Notes: generated by a model not told the origin, from the letters alone. 64,000 nucleotides of DNA from an uncultured Candidatus Binatia bacterium (GCA_964291295.2 OZ219754.1:1056001-1120000); one strand, 5' to 3'; shown: positions 34,966 to 47,068, counted from the stretch's first letter. A program made the numbers and translations.

Positions 34966-36177
34966 GTGCCGATGGACTTTACCGTACAAGACCTTGTCGC
35001 GACGTGGTTGCCGGGCTCCGTCCCGGCGGCGCTGGCCCATGCCCTGGCCGCGGTGGCGGTGGCCCTCGCCGTGCTGTCGTTGTTCGTGGCGCCGCTCGCG
35101 GGCGTGACCAGTTGGCTGGAGCGGCGGGTGTGGGCGCGCATGCAGTCCCGGGTCGGACCCAACCGGGTGGGGCCGCAGGGGGTGCTTCAGTGGCTCGCGG
35201 ACGGTGTGAAGAATATCCAGAAAGAGGACATCATCCCGGCCGCGGCCGACAGGAAGCTCTTTCTGCTCGCCCCGTACATCGTCTTCGCGGGCTTTCTCGG
35301 CGCCTTCGTCGTCATCCCCTTCGGCAGTTGGCTGATCCCCGCCGACCTCAACATCGGCATCCTCTATCTGCTGGCCATCACCTCGCTGGTGGTGGTGGGC
35401 ATCCTGATGGCGGGCTGGTCCTCCAACAACAAGTGGTCGCTCCTGGGGGGCATGCGCTCGGCCGCGCAGATCGTCAGCTACGAGATACCCGCCGGACTGG
35501 CGGTGCTGACGGTGATCTTCCTTTCCGGCACCCTGAGCATGCAGGGAATCATCCAGGCCCAGGGCTGGGCGCCGTGGGACTGGTTCATCTTCTACAACCC
35601 GTTCACCCTGGTCGCCTTCTTCCTTTTCTTCACCGCGGCTCTGGCCGAGGGCAACCGCACGCCGTTCGACATTCCCGAAGCCGAATCCGAACTGGTGGCC
35701 GGCTACGTCACCGAGTACAGCGGCATGCGCTTCCTGTTCTTCTTCTTTGCGGAGTGGGGCAACCTGTACGTCATCGGCGCCATCGCCGCGACCCTGTTCC
35801 TCGGCGGCTGGCAGATACCGGCGACGGTCTTCGGCGTCACCATGGCCGAGCATCCGCTGCTCAAGGGTGTCCTGGAGTTCGCGGTGTTCTTCGTCAAGGC
35901 GTACCTCTGGGCCTTCGTCGCCATGTGGGTGCGCGGAACCCTGCCGCGGGTGCGCGTGGACCAGCTCATGGCCATGTGCTGGAAATACATGGTACCGATG
36001 GCGTTCCTGTGCCTCTTCGGAACGATCCTGCTCCTGGTCATCTGGCCCGAGGGGAACATGGTGCTGACGCTTGCCACGCTTGCCTTCGCCGGTCTCGTCG
36101 TGCTCTTCTTCTTTTGGCGCGTGGTCTGCCAGATTCTGCACGCGCGCCCCACCCTCTATCTCAAGCCCTACGTCTAG
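34966..36177 (+). CDS. nuoH: NADH-quinone oxidoreductase subunit H
   Basis: GPNRVGP, SYE, NRTPFDIPEAESELVAG, TEYSG. Confidence 0.97.
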   Translation: MPMDFTVQDLVATWLPGSVPAALAHALAAVAVALAVLSLFVAPLAGVTSWLERRVWARMQSRVGPNRVGPQGVLQWLADGVKNIQKEDIIPAAADRKLFLLAPYIVFAGFLGAFVVIPFGSWLIPADLNIGILYLLAITSLVVVGILMAGWSSNNKWSLLGGMRSAAQIVSYEIPAGLAVLTVIFLSGTLSMQGIIQAQGWAPWDWFIFYNPFTLVAFFLFFTAALAEGNRTPFDIPEAESELVAGYVTEYSGMRFLFFFFAEWGNLYVIGAIAATLFLGGWQIPATVFGVTMAEHPLLKGVLEFAVFFVKAYLWAFVAMWVRGTLPRVRVDQLMAMCWKYMVPMAFLCLFGTILLLVIWPEGNMVLTLATLAFAGLVVLFFFWRVVCQILHARPTLYLKPYV

Positions 36178-36206
36178 GAGACGGCCAGCCGAACCGGGGA
36201 AACGTC

Positions 36207-36746
36207 ATGAACGGAGTCATCGGGTACATTCGGAACGTGAGAGACACGGTGAGGAGCATCTTCGAGGGCATGACCATCACCTTCTCCCACTTCGTCCGCA
36301 AGCCGTCGACGGTCCAGTACCCCGACCGCATCGCGCAGCAGGTGCAGGCCTCCCTGCCGCTGCGTTACCGCGGCATCCTGGAGGTCGACATGGACATCTG
36401 CACGGGCTGCCTGGCGTGCGAGCGGGTCTGCCCGATCAACTGCATCGCCATCGGCATCGAGATGAACTCCGAGACGAAGCAGCGCGACTTCACCCAGTTT
36501 GACATCGACATATGCAAGTGCATGTATTGTGGACTTTGCATGGAGGCCTGCCCCACGGGATCCATTCGTCACACCCAGGAGTTCGAGGGTGCCTGCAACA
36601 ATCCCGCCGGTCTGGTGCGGCATTTCGTCACCGGGAAAGTGCCTCTCTACAAGCCGAAGAAAGGCGGGGAGACGGAACCCCGGATGATCCGGAAGGTGGA
36701 CATCGGCAAGACGTACATGGACGAGATAGCCGAGCCGGAAAACTGA
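36207..36746 (+). CDS. nuoI: NADH-quinone oxidoreductase subunit I
   Basis: Two CxxCxxCxxxCP ferredoxin motifs; start ATG 36207. Confidence 0.96.
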   Translation: MNGVIGYIRNVRDTVRSIFEGMTITFSHFVRKPSTVQYPDRIAQQVQASLPLRYRGILEVDMDICTGCLACERVCPINCIAIGIEMNSETKQRDFTQFDIDICKCMYCGLCMEACPTGSIRHTQEFEGACNNPAGLVRHFVTGKVPLYKPKKGGETEPRMIRKVDIGKTYMDEIAEPEN

Positions 36747-36884
36747 CGTCCCGCCGGCCATGTCGGGATTCGCGAGAATTTCTCGTCGGAAAGGCTCCCA
36801 GCCCCCCGCCGCGGCACTCCACACCCATGGCCCGGTCCGTGTGATACGGGCCGCTCGTCCCCCATCCAGAGGGTGGTTTGGATC

Positions 36885-37391
36885 ATGGAAATTTCCATAG
36901 ACGTGCTCATCTTTTACCTGGTTTCCCTCGTGGTGGTGGGGTCGGCCTGCGTCGTGGCCTTTTCGCGCAACATCGTGCACTCGGCGTTCTCGCTGCTGGG
37001 CACGTTCGGCGGCGTGGCCGGGCTGTACGTGTTTCTCGGCGCCGACTTCGTGGCGGCGGTGCAGGTGCTGATCTACGTCGGCGGCATTCTCGTGCTGATC
37101 CTGTTCGCGGTCATGTTGACCCACCGGATCAGTGACGTCGACATCACCAACCGCACGGTGGGGCGGATTCCCGGGCTTGCGGCGGTGGCCGTGTTTCTGG
37201 GCATCCTGGTCTACGCCATCGGCCGGACCGATTGGGTGAAGGTCGGGGAGGTGGCGTTCGCCCCCACCACCGCGGTCATCGGCAATCTCTTCCTGGGCGA
37301 CTACCTGCTGCCGTTCCAGATTGCCGCGGTGGTGCTGCTGGTGGCTCTCATCGGCGCCATCACGCTGTCGCGCAAGGAAATCAAGGAATAG
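36885..37391 (+). CDS. nuoJ: NADH-quinone oxidoreductase subunit J
   Basis: QVLIYVGGILVL, YLLPF. Confidence 0.95.
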   Translation: MEISIDVLIFYLVSLVVVGSACVVAFSRNIVHSAFSLLGTFGGVAGLYVFLGADFVAAVQVLIYVGGILVLILFAVMLTHRISDVDITNRTVGRIPGLAAVAVFLGILVYAIGRTDWVKVGEVAFAPTTAVIGNLFLGDYLLPFQIAAVVLLVALIGAITLSRKEIKE

Positions 37392-37414
37392 ATCAGGGAA
37401 CAGAGCTTCACGAG

Positions 37415-37747
37415 ATGGCTGCATACCTCGCAACGTTGACGAACGTCGGACTGGAGCACTACCTGGTGGTGGCGGCCATCCTGTTCGCACTGGGCATCTA
37501 CATCGTCCTCACCCGGCGCAACGCCATCAGCATCCTGCTGGGGGTGGAGCTCATCCTGAATTCGGCCGGACTGAACTACGTGGCCTTCTCGCACTTCAGC
37601 ACCGGCAACGTCGACGGACAGATCTACACCGTCTTCATCATCATGCTGGCGGCCTCCGAAGCCGCCATCGGCCTGGCCATCGTCCTGGCCATCTACCAGC
37701 TCTTCGCCACCATCGACGTCGAGGCCACCGAGACGCTCAAGGACTAG
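37415..37747 (+). CDS. nuoK: NADH-quinone oxidoreductase subunit K
   Basis: RRN, ELILN, AASEAAIGLA. Confidence 0.95.
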   Translation: MAAYLATLTNVGLEHYLVVAAILFALGIYIVLTRRNAISILLGVELILNSAGLNYVAFSHFSTGNVDGQIYTVFIIMLAASEAAIGLAIVLAIYQLFATIDVEATETLKD

Positions 37748-37767
37748 CCCGCACGAGTCGCTTTGCC

Positions 37768-39801
37768 ATGGATCACCCCGTTCAGACCGATTTCCTGCGC
37801 TGGATCGTGTTGTTCCCGCTCATGGGGGCAGTGATAAACGGCCTTCTGGGCGCCCGTCTGCAAGAGCGCGCAGGCAAGTGGGCGGTGGCCTTCATCGCCT
37901 GCGCCCCGGTGACCCTGTCCTTCCTGTTCTCGCTCTGGGCCTTCGGCCGGCTGCTGGCCCTGCCGGCCAAGGATCGGTTTCTCATCGACTCGTTCTATTC
38001 CTGGATCCCGTTGGGTTCCTTCAGCGTGGACGTGGCCTTCTGGGTGGACCCCCTGTCGGCCATCATGATCCTGGTGGTGAGCGGCATCGGCGGACTGATC
38101 CACTTCTATTCCATCGGCTACATGCACGACGACCGCTCCATGTGGCGCTACTTTGCCTACCTGAACCTGTTCACCTTCTCCATGCTGCTGCTGGTGACCG
38201 GCGACAACCTGCTGCTCATGTTCGTGGGCTGGGAGGGCGTGGGGCTCTGCTCCTGGGCGCTCATCGGCTTCTGGTACACCGACCACACCAACACACGGGC
38301 CGGCAACAAGGCATTCATCGTCAACCGCGTCGGCGACTTCGGCTTCGTGCTGGGCATCTTCCTGCTCTACTGGACCCTGGCCGGGCAGGGTCAGGGAACT
38401 CTGGCGTTCCGCGAGATCGAGGAGCACGTGGGGTTGCTGGCGGACGCGCAGCTCTGGGGCATCGGCGCGGCGACGCTGGTGACTTTCCTGCTGTTCATCG
38501 GCGCCACCGGCAAGTCGGCGCAGATCCCGCTCTACGTGTGGCTGCCGGACGCCATGCAGGGGCCTACTCCGGTGAGCGCCCTGATCCACGCCGCCACCAT
38601 GGTGACGGCCGGCGTCTACATGATCGCGCGGCTGAACGGGCTGTTCTCGGCGGCTCCCGCCACCCTGGGCGTCATCGCCGCGGTGGGCGCCGCCACCGCC
38701 TTCTTCGCCGCCACCATCGCGGTGACCCAGACCGACATCAAGCGGGTGCTGGCCTACTCCACCATCAGCCAGCTCGGCTACATGTTCCTGGCCATGGGCG
38801 TGGCGGCCTACGCCGCCGGCGTCTTCCACCTGCTGACCCACGCGTTCTTCAAGGCATGCCTCTTTCTCGGCTCCGGCAGCATCATCCACGCCATGCAGGG
38901 AGAGCAGGACATGCGCCGCATGGGCGGCCTGCGAACGGTGATGCCGGCCACCTTCCGGACCTTCGCCATCGCGGTGCTGGCCATCGCCGGAACCCCGTTG
39001 CTGGCCGGCTTCTTCTCCAAGGACGCCATCCTGTGGCAGGCATGGGCGACCCATCACCCGCTCCTCTGGGGGGTGGGCGTGTTCGTTGCGGGCCTGACGG
39101 CGTTCTACATGTTCCGCCAGTTCTTCATGGTGTTCTTCGGCGAATGCCGCGCCGACGGCCACGTTCGGGAGCACCTGCACGAATCGCCGAAGGTCATGAC
39201 GTATCCGCTGTGGATCCTTGCCGCGGGCTCCGTCGTCATCGGCTATATCGGATTGCCGGCCTTCATGGGCGGCAGCCGCATCGACCAGTGGCTCGATCCG
39301 GTGATCCACGCCGCTCACGGCGAGCACCACTCGGTGATGGAGGAGCTGGGCGTGATGAGCGTTTCGGTGGCCGCCGCCGCCGCGGGGGTGGCGCTGGCCT
39401 GGTTCCTGTACTACCTGCGCACGCCGGCACGGGACGATTCGCCGGAGGCCGGGGGATTCCCGTACCGCCTGCTCTACAACAAGTACTACGTCGACGAGGT
39501 CTACCAGTTCGTCTTTGTCGGCGGCACTCTGCTGCTGGCGCGGATCGGAGCGGCCTTCGACCGCCATGTCATCGACACCCTGGTGGACGGATCGGCCCGG
39601 CTCACCACCCTGGTTTCCTGGTTCAACGGCCTGTTCGACAAGTATGTCGTGGACATGCTGGTCAACGCCGTCGCCAATGTGACCTTTGCCACCGGCAACC
39701 ACTTCCGCAGGGTCCAGACCGGCAACATCAACGGCTACCTCTACGTGGTGGTGGGCGCCGTGGTCGCCGCCCTGATCGTCAAGTTGCGCTACTGGAGTTG
39801 A
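37768..39801 (+). CDS. nuoL: NADH-quinone oxidoreductase subunit L
   Basis: GWEGVG, GKSAQIP, PTPVSALIHAATMV, HAFFKA. Confidence 0.97.
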   Translation: MDHPVQTDFLRWIVLFPLMGAVINGLLGARLQERAGKWAVAFIACAPVTLSFLFSLWAFGRLLALPAKDRFLIDSFYSWIPLGSFSVDVAFWVDPLSAIMILVVSGIGGLIHFYSIGYMHDDRSMWRYFAYLNLFTFSMLLLVTGDNLLLMFVGWEGVGLCSWALIGFWYTDHTNTRAGNKAFIVNRVGDFGFVLGIFLLYWTLAGQGQGTLAFREIEEHVGLLADAQLWGIGAATLVTFLLFIGATGKSAQIPLYVWLPDAMQGPTPVSALIHAATMVTAGVYMIARLNGLFSAAPATLGVIAAVGAATAFFAATIAVTQTDIKRVLAYSTISQLGYMFLAMGVAAYAAGVFHLLTHAFFKACLFLGSGSIIHAMQGEQDMRRMGGLRTVMPATFRTFAIAVLAIAGTPLLAGFFSKDAILWQAWATHHPLLWGVGVFVAGLTAFYMFRQFFMVFFGECRADGHVREHLHESPKVMTYPLWILAAGSVVIGYIGLPAFMGGSRIDQWLDPVIHAAHGEHHSVMEELGVMSVSVAAAAAGVALAWFLYYLRTPARDDSPEAGGFPYRLLYNKYYVDEVYQFVFVGGTLLLARIGAAFDRHVIDTLVDGSARLTTLVSWFNGLFDKYVVDMLVNAVANVTFATGNHFRRVQTGNINGYLYVVVGAVVAALIVKLRYWS

Positions 39802-39848
39802 GGCGGTGTGGTCCGTGAGACCGGACGCCACATAGGAGAGATGCGAAA

Positions 39849-41369
39849 ATGACCGAACACGTGCTGAGCTACATGGTCTTTTTTCCCTTGGCCGGGATGC
39901 TGGTGGTGCTGCTCCTGCCCAGCGGACGCCATGATCTCATTCGCTGGGTTTCGGCCGCGGCCACGGTGCCGCCGCTCATTCTGGGGATCTGGTTGTACGC
40001 CAACTTCGACACCACCACCACCGCCATGCAGTTCGTCGAGCGGGTTCCCTGGATCCCGGCCTTCAACATCGAGTACTTCGTCGGAGTCGACGGTCTCAGC
40101 GTCTCCATGGTGCTGCTGACCGCGCTGCTGTCGTTTCTCTGCATCTTCGCCTCCTGGGGCATCGACAAGGGGGTCAAGGGTTATTTCGCGCTGTTCCTGC
40201 TCCTGGACACCGGCATGACCGGGGTGTTCGTGGCGCTGGATTTCGTGCTCTTCTACGTGTTCTGGGAAGTCATGCTGCTTCCCATGTACTTTCTCATCGG
40301 CATCTGGGGCGGCCCGCGCAAGGAGTATGCCGCCATCAAGTTCTTCCTCTACACGCTGCTGGGCAGCGTGCTCATGCTGGTCGCCATCCTGGCGCTGTAC
40401 TTCCACTCCGAGCCCAACACCTTCGACATGACGAAGCTCATGGACCGGAGCAGCCTCTACGGCACCACGCCGCTGGCCATGTGGCCCTTCAACGCCTGGG
40501 GCTGGGGCTTCCAGCACGTGGTGTGGATGGCGCTGTTCATCGGGTTCGCCATCAAGATCCCGGCCTTCCCGTTTCACACCTGGCTGCCCGACGCCCACGT
40601 GGAGGCACCCACCGCCATCTCCGTGATCCTGGCGGGCATCCTCCTGAAGATGGGGACCTACGGCATCCTGCGCATCAACTATCCGATGCTGCCGGTGGCC
40701 ACGGCCGACCTGGCGTTCTACTTCCTGGCGGCCCTGGGAGCCTGGAACATCGTCTACGGTGGCCTGTGCGCCATGGCGCAGACGGACATGAAGAAGCTCG
40801 TGGCCTACTCCAGCGTCAGCCACATGGGCTACGTCATGCTGGGGATGGCGGCCTTCAATACCCAGGGCATCAACGGCGCGGTGCTCCAGATGTTCAATCA
40901 CGGCACCATCACCGCCATGCTCTTCCTGCTCGTGGGCGTGGTCTATGATCGTGCCCACCACCGCGAGATCAACGGTTTCGGCGGGCTGGCCGGCATCATG
41001 CCGGTGTACGCGGGCTTCACCGCGCTGGCCTTCTTCGCCTCCATGGGGCTTCCGGGGCTGTCGGGCTTCGTCTCCGAGGTGCTGGTGCTGCTGGGCGCGT
41101 GGCCCCGGTACCACGCCCTGACCATCATCGCGGCCCTGGGCATCGTCATCACCGCCGGTTACATGCTGTGGATGATGCAACGGGTCTATCTCGGCCCGCC
41201 CAACGAGAAATACCGGGAGCTGCCCGAGATCAACGGCCGCGAGGTCTTCACGCTGTTCCCGCTGGGAGCGATCGTGGTCATCGTCGGCGTCTATCCGCGG
41301 GTGGTGCTCGACCTGCTCCAGGCCTCCCTCGACAACATCAACCATATGGTGGTCGCGCACCTTTCGTAG
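39849..41369 (+). CDS. nuoM: NADH-quinone oxidoreductase subunit M
   Basis: FWE, HTWLPDAHVEAP, AYSSVSHMG. Confidence 0.97.
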   Translation: MTEHVLSYMVFFPLAGMLVVLLLPSGRHDLIRWVSAAATVPPLILGIWLYANFDTTTTAMQFVERVPWIPAFNIEYFVGVDGLSVSMVLLTALLSFLCIFASWGIDKGVKGYFALFLLLDTGMTGVFVALDFVLFYVFWEVMLLPMYFLIGIWGGPRKEYAAIKFFLYTLLGSVLMLVAILALYFHSEPNTFDMTKLMDRSSLYGTTPLAMWPFNAWGWGFQHVVWMALFIGFAIKIPAFPFHTWLPDAHVEAPTAISVILAGILLKMGTYGILRINYPMLPVATADLAFYFLAALGAWNIVYGGLCAMAQTDMKKLVAYSSVSHMGYVMLGMAAFNTQGINGAVLQMFNHGTITAMLFLLVGVVYDRAHHREINGFGGLAGIMPVYAGFTALAFFASMGLPGLSGFVSEVLVLLGAWPRYHALTIIAALGIVITAGYMLWMMQRVYLGPPNEKYRELPEINGREVFTLFPLGAIVVIVGVYPRVVLDLLQASLDNINHMVVAHLS

Positions 41370-41375
41370 CTCAAG

Positions 41376-42860
41376 ATGGATCTCGGTAACCTCGCAAGCC
41401 TCAAGCTGTTCCATCCGGAAATCGTCCTGGCGGGAACGATCATCCTGCTGACGATCCTGGACCTGGTAGTGGCCAACAAGCGGCTCCTGGCGTACGTGGG
41501 TCTGGCCGGCTGCCTTGTCGCCCTGGGCGTCACTGTGGATCTCCATGGAACGCCGCCGGCGCTGCTGTTCCACCGCATGGTGGCGCTGGACAGCTTCGCC
41601 TTGTTCTTCAAGGTGCTGACGCTGGTGGCGCTGGTGGCGGCCATCTGGATGTCCATCGGCTCCGACGAGGTCCGGAAAGTGCACCTGGGCGAGTATTACA
41701 TCGTGCTCCTGACCTGCGGGTTCGGCATGTTCTTCATGGCCTCGGGCAACAACCTGCTGATGGCCTACCTCGGCCTGGAACTGGTGAGCCTGACGTCCTA
41801 CATCCTCACCGGCATGCTGCCGCACAACCGGCGCTCGGCGGAGGCCGCCCTCAAGTACCTGATCTACGGCGGGGTCGCCTCCGGCACCATGATCTACGGC
41901 ATGAGCTGGGTGTTCGGCATGGCCGGCAGCCTGGACTACGCGGCCATCAACGCGGCCATGTCGCAGGCGGACGGCAACCAGACCGGACTGTTCATCGCCT
42001 TCGTCTTCATCCTCGCCGGCTTCGGCTACAAGATGGCCTTCGCGCCCTTCCACATGTGGTCTCCGGACGTCTACCAAGGGGCGCCCACGCCGTTCACCGG
42101 CTTCCTCTCGGTGGCTTCCAACGCCGCCGGCCTGGCCATCCTGATCCGGTTCTTCTATCCGGCGGTGTCCACCCTGGGGCAGAACGGGAGCTGGACGTTC
42201 CAGGCGTTCTCCGCGGTTCAGTGGACCGACCTGCTGGTGGTCGTGAGCATCATCACCATGACCTGGGGGAACCTTTGCGCCCTCAACCAGACCAACGTCA
42301 AGCGCCTGCTGGCCTACTCCGGCATCGCCCACGCCGGATACCTCATGATGGGTCTCGTGGTGCTGAACAGCGACGGGCTGACCGCCATGCTCTTCTACGC
42401 GGTGGTGTACCTGATCATGAACCTCGGGGCCTTTCTGGTGGTGCAGGTGGTGGCCAACGCCACCGGCCGCGAGGACATGGAGGCCTATCGCGGGCTGGCA
42501 CAGCGCGGCGCGGCCTTCCCGGCGGTGTGCATGGCGGTGTTCCTGTTCTCCCTCACCGGGCTGCCGCCGCTGGCGGGATTCATCGGCAAGCTGCTGCTCT
42601 TCGCCGCCATCATCGAGGGCCAGTTCTACATCCTGGCGGTGGCGGGGCTGATCAACACGGTCATCTCGCTGTACTACTACGTCCGGGTCGTCCGCACCAT
42701 GTTCCTCGACGCCCCGACACCGGAGGACGGGCCGGTGGCGGTCCTCTCCAGCGCCGTGCCGCTGCTGGGCGTCCTGATGGTGCTGACGGTGGTGCTGGGG
42801 GTCTACTGGGGGCCGTTGCTGGACTACACCGCGGGCTCGCTGGGTTTCTTCATGGGGTAG
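41376..42860 (+). CDS. nuoN: NADH-quinone oxidoreductase subunit N
   Basis: EAALKY, PFHMWSPDVYQGAP, KRLLAYSGIAHAGY. Confidence 0.97.
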   Translation: MDLGNLASLKLFHPEIVLAGTIILLTILDLVVANKRLLAYVGLAGCLVALGVTVDLHGTPPALLFHRMVALDSFALFFKVLTLVALVAAIWMSIGSDEVRKVHLGEYYIVLLTCGFGMFFMASGNNLLMAYLGLELVSLTSYILTGMLPHNRRSAEAALKYLIYGGVASGTMIYGMSWVFGMAGSLDYAAINAAMSQADGNQTGLFIAFVFILAGFGYKMAFAPFHMWSPDVYQGAPTPFTGFLSVASNAAGLAILIRFFYPAVSTLGQNGSWTFQAFSAVQWTDLLVVVSIITMTWGNLCALNQTNVKRLLAYSGIAHAGYLMMGLVVLNSDGLTAMLFYAVVYLIMNLGAFLVVQVVANATGREDMEAYRGLAQRGAAFPAVCMAVFLFSLTGLPPLAGFIGKLLLFAAIIEGQFYILAVAGLINTVISLYYYVRVVRTMFLDAPTPEDGPVAVLSSAVPLLGVLMVLTVVLGVYWGPLLDYTAGSLGFFMG

Positions 42861-43176
42861 GGGGGGCCGGGGGCGTCGTGCGGAAGAACCGCTGGAGGTC
42901 GGCGGGTATCTCCACTTGTCCGCCGGCGGACTCCCCTCCAACCGATTCCCTGATCTCGTCCGCCAGCAGGTCGAGCCGTTCACGGGCCGGCAGAGTCCGG
43001 TCCACGATCACCCACCGGTTTCCCATGACCGTGCAGACCCCGCTGCGCACGCGATAGCCGTAGTCGCGCGACAGCTTCTCGCACCGCACCTGGATGCCGC
43101 ACCGTTCCGCAAGGTTCCGAAGCTCCCGGAACAGCTTCTCCTGGGTGTTGTCCTTCCTTGAACTCTTTCCGGGCAT
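42850..43176 (-). CDS. Small hypothetical protein
   Basis: 108 aa with plausible composition (GIQVRCEKL...GVC...VIVD); promoter-like ATGACA-N18-TAAACA 6 nt before ATG. Confidence 0.7.
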   Translation of the reverse strand: MPGKSSRKDNTQEKLFRELRNLAERCGIQVRCEKLSRDYGYRVRSGVCTVMGNRWVIVDRTLPARERLDLLADEIRESVGGESAGGQVEIPADLQRFFRTTPPAPPTP

Positions 43177-43342
43177 GCGATCTGTTTATCATCCTTGCGG
43201 CGGGCTTGTCATGCCCGGCAGGGCCGGGCCGCACCGGCGGGCGGTTGAAAAATGCCCAAGTGCTGCTATCGTCCGACAAGGACGACGCGCACCCATGCTC
43301 TTTTCCGCCGCCGCGTTGCCGGACAGGACGCATCGGGCTTGG

Positions 43343-43384
43343 TGAACCAGGACTCATGAACCAGGACTCATGAACCAGGACTCA
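43343..43384 (+). repeat. 14-bp perfect tandem repeat x3 (TGAACCAGGACTCA) spanning the start codon region
   Basis: Read directly. Confidence 0.97.
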
Positions 43385-44205
43385 TGAAATTCATTGCCGC
43401 GGCAGTGCAGATGCTGGCCACGTCCGACAAGGAAGCGAACCTTCGGGAGGCGGAAAAGTGGATTCGCCGGGCGCAGGCCGGGGGCGCGCACCTTGTGGTG
43501 TTGCCGGAAGTGTTCAACTGGAGGGGTCCTGGCAGGGACACCGCGGCCAACGCCGAGCCGGTGCCCGGTCCCTCCACGGGGCGGATGGGCGCACTGGCGG
43601 CCGAGCTCGGGCTCTACCTGCTGGCCGGTTCGATCCTCGAGAGCGCCGGGCCGGACGGCCGCGCCTACAACACCAGCGTGCTCATCGGCCCGGGTGCCGG
43701 GATCATCGCCAAGTACCGGAAAATACACCTGTTCGATGTCGACATCGAGGGTGAAGCCGCCATCCGCGAGTCCGAATTCCGGCACCCGGGAGAGGCTGTC
43801 GTGGTGGCCGACACCCCTCTCGGTCTCATGGGGCTTTCGGTCTGCTACGATCTCCGCTTTCCGGAGCTCTACCGCCGGCTGACCGCCGCCGGCGCCAAGG
43901 TCATCTTCGTGCCGTCGGTGTTCACGGTCCCCACCGGCCAGGCCCACTGGAGAACGCTTCTGCGCGCCCGCGCCATCGAGAACCAGGTGTATGTCATCGC
44001 CCCGGACCAGACCGGCCGGCATCCCGCCAGCATGGACGCCTACGGACACTCCATGATCGTCGATCCGTGGGGCAAGGTCATCGCCGAGACCGGCACCGAG
44101 CCGGACCTGGTCCTGGCCGCCATCGACCTCGACTACCTGGCGGATGTTCGACGCCAGCTGCCGGTGCTGGAACACCGCCGGGCATTTCTCGCCCCGGACT
44201 CGTAA
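43384..44205 (+). CDS. Carbon-nitrogen hydrolase (Nit1/deaminated glutathione amidase-like)
   Basis: E-K-C triad: LPE, YRKIHLFD, CYDLRFPE; RARAIENQ. Confidence 0.93.
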   Translation: MKFIAAAVQMLATSDKEANLREAEKWIRRAQAGGAHLVVLPEVFNWRGPGRDTAANAEPVPGPSTGRMGALAAELGLYLLAGSILESAGPDGRAYNTSVLIGPGAGIIAKYRKIHLFDVDIEGEAAIRESEFRHPGEAVVVADTPLGLMGLSVCYDLRFPELYRRLTAAGAKVIFVPSVFTVPTGQAHWRTLLRARAIENQVYVIAPDQTGRHPASMDAYGHSMIVDPWGKVIAETGTEPDLVLAAIDLDYLADVRRQLPVLEHRRAFLAPDS

Positions 44206-44356
44206 TCCGGCGGCCGCGTCGGCCGGCGGGCCGGCCGTCCCTGAGCCGGACCCCGACCTCCGGCGCGTGAAGCGGAACGACAGCGGAACCGCACCCCTGG
44301 ACGGATCCTCCGGGCGGAGCCGGCCACGGACGCTGTCCGGGACGCCATGGCCGCGC

Positions 44357-44977
44357 TCAGGAGAGCGGGATCATGATGTGTTCCCGGTAGGCGGGGCGCT
44401 CGCACAGCCGGTCGTACCATGCTTCCACGTTGGGCATGGAGGGGCGCTCGATGGGCATGGTGAACCAGCGGTAAGCCCAGACGCCGACGGGGATGTCGCC
44501 GATGCTGAAGGAATCGCCCGCGAGGTAGCGCCGGCCTGCGAGGTGGCGCTCGACGATCTCCCACTTGGGTACGGCTTCCCCGACCGCCTTCTCGATGGCG
44601 GTGGGGTCGCGCTCGGCTTCCGGGGTCCGGACGATGCCGAAGAAGATCGGTACCATGAACGCATTCAGCGTGCTCAATTGCCAGTCCATCCAGCGGTTGG
44701 CGCTGCCCCGCCCCTCGGGAGTCCCGGGCAGGAGCCTGCCGCCCTCGTACTTGTTGACGAGATACCGGACGATGCTGTTGGATTCCCACAGGACGAAGTC
44801 GCCGTCCTCGATGGTGGGGATCACGCCGTTGGGGTTCAGGTCCAGATAGGACCGCTCCCGGTTGCCGCCGAATTCCCCGCCCAAGTCCACGCGCTCGAAC
44901 GGAATCCGAAGCTCCCCGCAACACCACAGAACCTTCTGCACGTTGGACGAAGTCTTCCTTCCCCAGATTTTCAACAC
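44357..44977 (-). CDS. Glutathione S-transferase family protein
   Basis: SSNVQKVLW, LNPNG, LWESNSI, FSIGDI. Confidence 0.94.
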   Translation of the reverse strand: MLKIWGRKTSSNVQKVLWCCGELRIPFERVDLGGEFGGNRERSYLDLNPNGVIPTIEDGDFVLWESNSIVRYLVNKYEGGRLLPGTPEGRGSANRWMDWQLSTLNAFMVPIFFGIVRTPEAERDPTAIEKAVGEAVPKWEIVERHLAGRRYLAGDSFSIGDIPVGVWAYRWFTMPIERPSMPNVEAWYDRLCERPAYREHIMIPLS

Positions 44978-45096
44978 GTTGTGTCACCTCCACGGGAAAT
45001 ACCTTGGGAAATACCTCGGACGCCCCTTGACTGCAAGAAAATCGTGATTAAATTCGCGGCCAAATCCAATCATCTCACTCTCAAAGGGAGGTTCTT

Positions 45097-45387
45097 ATGG
45101 CGGCTAAAGTGAAGCCACTGCATGACAGGATCATCGTCAAGAGGCTCGACGAGGAGGAGAAGACCGCGGGCGGCATCATCATTCCGGACACGGCCAAGGA
45201 AAAGCCTCAGGAAGGCATGGTCGTGGCCGTGGGTTCCGGCCGGCGCGAAGACGGCAAGGTCCTCGCTCTCGACGTCAAGGAAGGCGACAAGGTCCTGTTC
45301 GGAAAGTACTCCGGCACGGAGATTCAACTGGACGGCGAAGAGCATCTTATCATGCGGGAAGACGATATCCTCGGGATCATCCAATAA
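45097..45387 (+). CDS. groES: Co-chaperonin GroES
   Basis: [19 protein letters not shown]. Confidence 0.99.
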   Translation: MAAKVKPLHDRIIVKRLDEEEKTAGGIIIPDTAKEKPQEGMVVAVGSGRREDGKVLALDVKEGDKVLFGKYSGTEIQLDGEEHLIMREDDILGIIQ

Positions 45388-47019
<1,632 letters not shown>

Positions 47020-47068
47020 AATTCCTGCCAGGATTCGCGCGGCTCGCATACGGGCCTCGCTTCAAGGA

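Noticed and set aside
39789-42983. Long antisense ORFs (also 2043-4295, 10708-13290, 25944-28817, 33667-36141)
   Set aside because: Shadow frames of high-GC3 genes on the opposite strand, with no recognisable motifs.
45072-45098. CIRCE element before groES
   Set aside because: Only CACTC matches; the right arm does not fit TTAGCACTC-N9-GAGTGCTAA.
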